Source: Synergistales bacterium (GTDB lineage Bacteria; Synergistota; Synergistia; Synergistales; JAFGMB01). Taken from it: DNA of 64,000 bases. Each line of letters opens with the position of its first letter. The stretch's first letter is position 1. The stretch spans positions 896,001-960,000 of the forward strand of contig OY762654.1 of the NCBI GenBank assembly GCA_963666205.1. Direction: 5' to 3'. Positions 59,586 through 64,000 of this stretch are shown piece after piece. Made by a program: the position numbers and the translations under genes. The notes beneath the pieces are model-generated. The model made no database searches, had not been told where the DNA came from, and worked only from the letters and a program-made list of their open reading frames with translations.

Positions 59586-60656
59586 TCATTCCACAAAAAG
59601 TTCCCTTATTATATCCTCCACATGTTCCATCTTTGAGCAGCGTGTAACGTTTGAACCACAGAAGAAAAGGCCTTCCTCCCAGTTCCCTTTCAGGGCATCC
59701 ACAAGGGCCTGGGCTATACAGAAGGTCTCTCGGGTCTTCTTGTACCGGCAGTGAGTAAGACAGTTGGCAATACAGGGTTTGCTTTCCACATGTCCCTCGA
59801 GGTAATCCCTGATGAAGGGATTCTTTATAGCCCGTCCAGGTAAACCTGCAGGACTATGTATAATGACCACATCATCTTCCGTTGCATCTATATATGCCTG
59901 TTTGAACCTGTCACTTGCATCGCCCTCGAAGGTACAGGCAAACCTGGTTCCCATCTGAACCCCCATGGCTCCAAGGCTGAAGGAATGTTCAACGTCTTTT
60001 CTATCCCATATTCCGCCTGCAGCTATGACCGGAATATCAAGTTTAAGTTCTTTTTCTATGTAATCGACCAGTTCGGGAACAACTGTTTCAAGGGAAAAAG
60101 CATCATCGTCCACCTGATCTGCCTTGGTAACTCCAAGATGGCCTCCTGCATATTTAGGTGTTTCAACAACAAACCCGTCAGGGATCCGCCCGTAAAGCTT
60201 TTCCCATCGCCTGACAATAAGATCTGCCGCTTTTCGGGAACTCACTATTGGAACAAGTGCAACATCCGGGAAATCCCTGGTGTAGTCAGGCAGCTTCAAA
60301 GGAAGGCCGGCACCGGATATAATTACATCCGTTCCTCCTTCACAGGCAGAACGTACATGGAGTTCATAATCAGTCAGGGCTACCATGCAGTTGACCGCAA
60401 GAACGCCCTCCGGTGCTATCTTTCTCGCCTTTTCAAGGGCATCCTTTACTGCCTGCTGATTAGCCTCAAAATAGTTTTTCCCGTTATAGAGCGGAGAACT
60501 TACTGCAAGGCCAACGCTGGCAATCGTTCCCACACCACCGTGAAGAGCCACTGTGCCGGATAGGACCGGACCTGATATACCTACACCCATGCCACCCTGT
60601 ATCAGGGGATATCTCGGCTGGTGTTTGCCAAGCCTTAAAACAGGTAATTTAAACAA
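59586..60656 (-). CDS. Nitronate monooxygenase/FabK family flavoprotein with Cys cluster (FabX-like)
   Basis: IQGGMGVG, AGGHLG, AAGGI and CIANCLTHC…C motifs. Confidence 0.85.
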   Translation of the reverse strand: MFKLPVLRLGKHQPRYPLIQGGMGVGISGPVLSGTVALHGGVGTIASVGLAVSSPLYNGKNYFEANQQAVKDALEKARKIAPEGVLAVNCMVALTDYELHVRSACEGGTDVIISGAGLPLKLPDYTRDFPDVALVPIVSSRKAADLIVRRWEKLYGRIPDGFVVETPKYAGGHLGVTKADQVDDDAFSLETVVPELVDYIEKELKLDIPVIAAGGIWDRKDVEHSFSLGAMGVQMGTRFACTFEGDASDRFKQAYIDATEDDVVIIHSPAGLPGRAIKNPFIRDYLEGHVESKPCIANCLTHCRYKKTRETFCIAQALVDALKGNWEEGLFFCGSNVTRCSKMEHVEDIIRELFVE

Positions 60657-60878
60657 TAGTATCTCTCCTTCTCAAACCAGTTACGGAAAATAAATCAAAC
60701 TCGTGTATTATCTCATATTTTGTTAAATTGACAAAAAATACAGCATTTTCTTTATAACAGAGAATCTCTTTCATTTCAATTTTATGAATAGTATTTTCCG
60801 ATAATTCCTTTCCGTATAGGACCCTGGTCTGAAAAAGAAGAGGGGTCTTTTAAGGGACCCCTGAAGCATAAAGAAATA

Positions 60879-61097
60879 TCATTTTGTCAGAATAAGTTTC
60901 TGCCAGTCTCCGTGATCTTCTGTCTCAACTTTCCAGCCCTGCTTTCTTGCAAATCGGGCGACATTCTCCCTGGAAGTCACCGTATCAACATGGACTTCCA
61001 CACATCCGCCGGCCATTCCAGATATAACTTTGCGGGTCTCCAGTATTGGCTGGGGACATGAAAGACCTTTAGCATCAACAATTACGGTTTCACTCAT
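60879..61097 (-). CDS. TusA/YedF family sulfurtransferase
   Basis: DAKGLSCPQP motif; downstream of yedE. Confidence 0.9.
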   Translation of the reverse strand: MSETVIVDAKGLSCPQPILETRKVISGMAGGCVEVHVDTVTSRENVARFARKQGWKVETEDHGDWQKLILTK

Positions 61098-61109
61098 CCT
61101 GATCCCCTC

Positions 61110-62204
61110 CTAGTCAAATTTATCGCGCATCAGAAAACCTGTGGCAATGCAGAAAATCAGGCCTATCACAGTAGCAGCCGGGCCAAAAGCACCGGGACCA
61201 TTGGGAGAACTGGCAAGACTGAAATTGTGCGCAAAACCTGCACCTACAAGCATGCCCAGAACAAATATGGAAGAGTCTCCATCTCCTTCACCGCTCATGA
61301 TGAACTGTCTTCCAGGACAACCTCCTGCAAGGGTGAAACAGAGGCCCGCAAGGACCATGCCCATAAAGTTCCAGAGATGATCTGTATGAGCTACAGGTTG
61401 TCCTTCAAAACCCGGATTGAACTGGCCCAGTGCCAGATTTACGATAAATGCCACAACGATAAAAGCCATAACACCATTGAAAAGATGGGGGTCTTTGATC
61501 ATTACCAGATCCCGAATGGCACCGACTGTACAGAAACGGCTCCTCTGAGCCAGCCAGCCTACAAGAAGTCCTACAGCCAGGGCAAACATCCAGGGTGCAT
61601 AAGCCGCTCCCGGTCCCTTTTCTGAGAAGAAGACAGGACCGGCAGTCCCTCCCCCACCAAAGGTCGGTGCCATAAGCAACAGTACCATCAGAACGACCGC
61701 AGCGACAGGCATGATATAGCCTGCGCCTTTTTTCACCTCATATGATCTTCCCAGGTTGTATCCGTTCCAAAGGAACATGATACCAATGACGATCCCCGTG
61801 ATAAGGCCAAGAATACCAGGAATGGCATTCCAGTCACCGCCGGCAAGTCTCAGGTAAGCTCTCCAGGGACATCCCAGAAAGACCAGGGCTCCGATCATTG
61901 CAAAAAATCCGAGGAAGAACCTTACAAGAGGGGATGAACCCGTTCTTGGCAGGTATTCCCTGTAAATCAGGGCAGAAATAAATGAGCCCAGAATAAAACC
62001 AGCTATTTCAGGCCGGATATACTGTACTACCGCCGCGTGATGAAGACCAAGTGCTCCGGCAATATCCCTGGTAAAACATGCAACACATATCCCCATATTT
62101 CCCGGGTTCCCCAATTTCACAAGAAGTGCTGCCAGAGCCCCTACAATACCTCCGGTGATGATAGGTCCCCAGCGGGACATCAGTAATTCGTTAACTTTGC
62201 TCAA
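61110..62204 (-). CDS. yedE: YedE family putative selenium/sulfur transporter
   Basis: GNPGNMGICVACF, GCP, SRFC and GGCP motifs. Confidence 0.9.
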   Translation of the reverse strand: MSKVNELLMSRWGPIITGGIVGALAALLVKLGNPGNMGICVACFTRDIAGALGLHHAAVVQYIRPEIAGFILGSFISALIYREYLPRTGSSPLVRFFLGFFAMIGALVFLGCPWRAYLRLAGGDWNAIPGILGLITGIVIGIMFLWNGYNLGRSYEVKKGAGYIMPVAAVVLMVLLLMAPTFGGGGTAGPVFFSEKGPGAAYAPWMFALAVGLLVGWLAQRSRFCTVGAIRDLVMIKDPHLFNGVMAFIVVAFIVNLALGQFNPGFEGQPVAHTDHLWNFMGMVLAGLCFTLAGGCPGRQFIMSGEGDGDSSIFVLGMLVGAGFAHNFSLASSPNGPGAFGPAATVIGLIFCIATGFLMRDKFD

Positions 62205-62468
62205 CTACTTTCACCTCTTTCTCAAGTTTTGATGTGCACGGATAAGATCATGGAAATACCGTACATAACTGATTCTTCCCTTAAACCTCGGGTAAACATA
62301 CAAAAATTCAGGAATAATCCTTTAATTGAACTATTCCTGAATTTAATAATAATTATAACCAAATATGATTATTTTTCAATAATAATTATCTCAAATGGAT
62401 CGCCAGAGGAGGAAGAGCTTGGATAAAGGTTAAAAAAATGAGAGGCAGGATCTGCCTCTCGGGAATAT

Positions 62469-63254
62469 TCATGAAAAAGTGTTCCGGTGAATCCTTTCCT
62501 GTACCATCTCAAAGACCGGTGCGGAAGCAGTGTCAGATGAAAGCTGTTCCCTGAGCCAGTCTAATGTGCCATTAGCTTTCAGTATCCTGAAGCTGGGCTC
62601 ATAATTAAGATCAAGTATCCAGGTGGTCTGAACCATGAGAAAATCCAGAAGCGTGGAAACATTCGAGTAGGAAGCACTCCCCTTCTGCTCGATCTCTCTG
62701 ACCAGCCCTTCTGAAACCTTTTCTTCCAGGCTTATTCCCGGAAGAAGATCCTTTACCCTGTCTGTGGAAACATGTTCCCTTACTACTTCAAAGACATCCA
62801 GTTTGTCCGCATCCCTGACAATTTTCAGATAGGGAAGGATCTCTTCATCCATTCCCTCAGGGATAATCTTCTTATTATGGTACTTGACGGATGACAGGAT
62901 CTTTGAGGGCAAGGGTTCATCGAAATATTCCCATGGAAAATCTTTGACAAGCACTTCATGTCCAAGATCTCCGTGATCAACAGAAGAAGGGTCATAAAAT
63001 GTTCCATACTCTGTGTACTGGGGAAAACGCCCCACATCATGAAGAAGTCCTATCGCCTGAGAACTTCGGATATCACGATCTGCCCATTCCATTTCTCCGG
63101 CAATCCGGGAAGCCAGTTTTTCTACCCGGAATGAATGTTCATATTTCACCTGCAGCAAGGGCACAAATATCATGCCTTCGCCGGCGAAAGAATGGGAATA
63201 ACTATCAAACCACTGTCTGGAAATACTGAGTTGAAGGCTGTTCAATACTATCAT
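62469..63254 (-). CDS. HD domain protein
   Basis: KYEHS, LLHDVGRF and RDADKLD motifs. Confidence 0.88.
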   Translation of the reverse strand: MIVLNSLQLSISRQWFDSYSHSFAGEGMIFVPLLQVKYEHSFRVEKLASRIAGEMEWADRDIRSSQAIGLLHDVGRFPQYTEYGTFYDPSSVDHGDLGHEVLVKDFPWEYFDEPLPSKILSSVKYHNKKIIPEGMDEEILPYLKIVRDADKLDVFEVVREHVSTDRVKDLLPGISLEEKVSEGLVREIEQKGSASYSNVSTLLDFLMVQTTWILDLNYEPSFRILKANGTLDWLREQLSSDTASAPVFEMVQERIHRNTFS

Positions 63255-63636
63255 TTCCTTTCCTGATACATTTCAGCTGTCAGAGAAGTCAAGGCTGGAA
63301 TTAATCCGGTATGTCCGGATATGACGTCCTTCCAGCATCATTCCTCTACAGGATCTGCAGAGATCCTGTACTCCTCTTCCGAAGGTGAAATTACAGGCAA
63401 TACTTAACTCAAAAACCATTCTTTGTAAAGGCCTGTCAATTTGGTCTCCGTACATTTGCAGAGGACCATTCCTGATATCCTGTATTCCAGGATAAATATC
63501 CGATATTTCCCTCTCTTCGGGATATGGGCAGCTTTTGTAGAGATTTTGTACAGGATTGAAACACTGATAGATAAGCTAATTTGTGGTATCCTATTGCTCA
63601 GGTAACTTCTTAATATTTTAAAAAGAGGTGATCAGG

Positions 63637-64000
63637 ATGGCTACTGCATGGAAAGTAAGATCAATCCTGTTACTTATAGTTGCTGTTTTGTCAGTGGTTT
63701 TTTTCGCCCGGGGAAATGCATATGCAGAAAGTCCCATGTTCAGAGTGAACAGCGCTCAGACTGGACGATATGATAACAGCCCTCCGCCGTCCCAGGGTAA
63801 GATCAAATGGATTTTTGAAGCGGATACCGGAATATCCGGATCCCCCTGCTATTCTGATGGACAGGTCTACTTCGGTGATTCCCTAGGAATTGTCTATGCA
63901 CTTGGAAGCGAGAATGGCAACCTGATATGGAAATATGATACAGGTAACTCCATATATGGAGCACCTGCAATAAAGGGGAACAGACTTTACCTTGGGAATA
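63637..64000 (+). CDS. Exported PQQ-like beta-propeller repeat protein (3' partial)
   Basis: Translated by hand: signal peptide, MFR..AQTG, KWIF…SP…VYFG…VYAL…GNLIWKY; runs off the window end. Confidence 0.85.
   Translation, partial: MATAWKVRSILLLIVAVLSVVFFARGNAYAESPMFRVNSAQTGRYDNSPPPSQGKIKWIFEADTGISGSPCYSDGQVYFGDSLGIVYALGSENGNLIWKYDTGNSIYGAPAIKGNRLYLGN

Noticed and set aside
62340-62392. AATAATAATTAT direct repeats upstream of yedE
   Set aside because: Could be a regulator site but is low-complexity AT-rich sequence; not enough support
63273-63455. 60-aa minus-strand ORF
   Set aside because: No recognisable motif or clear SD; may be non-coding or an unidentifiable remnant
1-64000. CRISPR arrays, IS elements, prophage, tRNA/rRNA, selenoprotein UGA read-through
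   Set aside because: No periodic repeats, transposase/integrase motifs, structural RNA signatures or convincing in-frame UGA seen by eye

Overview
Ordinary-looking chromosomal window of an anaerobic, amino-acid-fermenting bacterium; gene style suggests Synergistota (inference only). I found no rRNA, tRNA, CRISPR array, transposase or prophage. Recognisable blocks: two convergent HD-GYP genes flanking a cupin and cbpA, copZ-copA, msrB, fbaB, a HerA-like ATPase, a liv-type ABC transporter, a THF-dependent hut operon, two orphan pilin-like genes, a complete LysW-carrier (lysWXYZJK) cluster followed by a rocB-like gene, tandem Na/Pi symporters, MscS, a FabX/FabK-like flavoprotein and yedE-tusA. 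Elements missing from the ORF track are the most interesting. (1) A 30-aa Phe/Tyr/Ile-rich leader peptide with antiterminator/terminator sits upstream of a YkvI-like permease and a probable broad-specificity amino-acid racemase, a candidate attenuation-controlled D-amino-acid scavenging system. (2) The 55-aa LysW gene. (3) A c-di-GMP-I riboswitch upstream of an unknown secreted protein. (4) A DUF547 pseudogene. (5) A 73/74-nt inverted repeat shared by the HD-GYP paralogues. All family assignments come from motif recognition without database searches.
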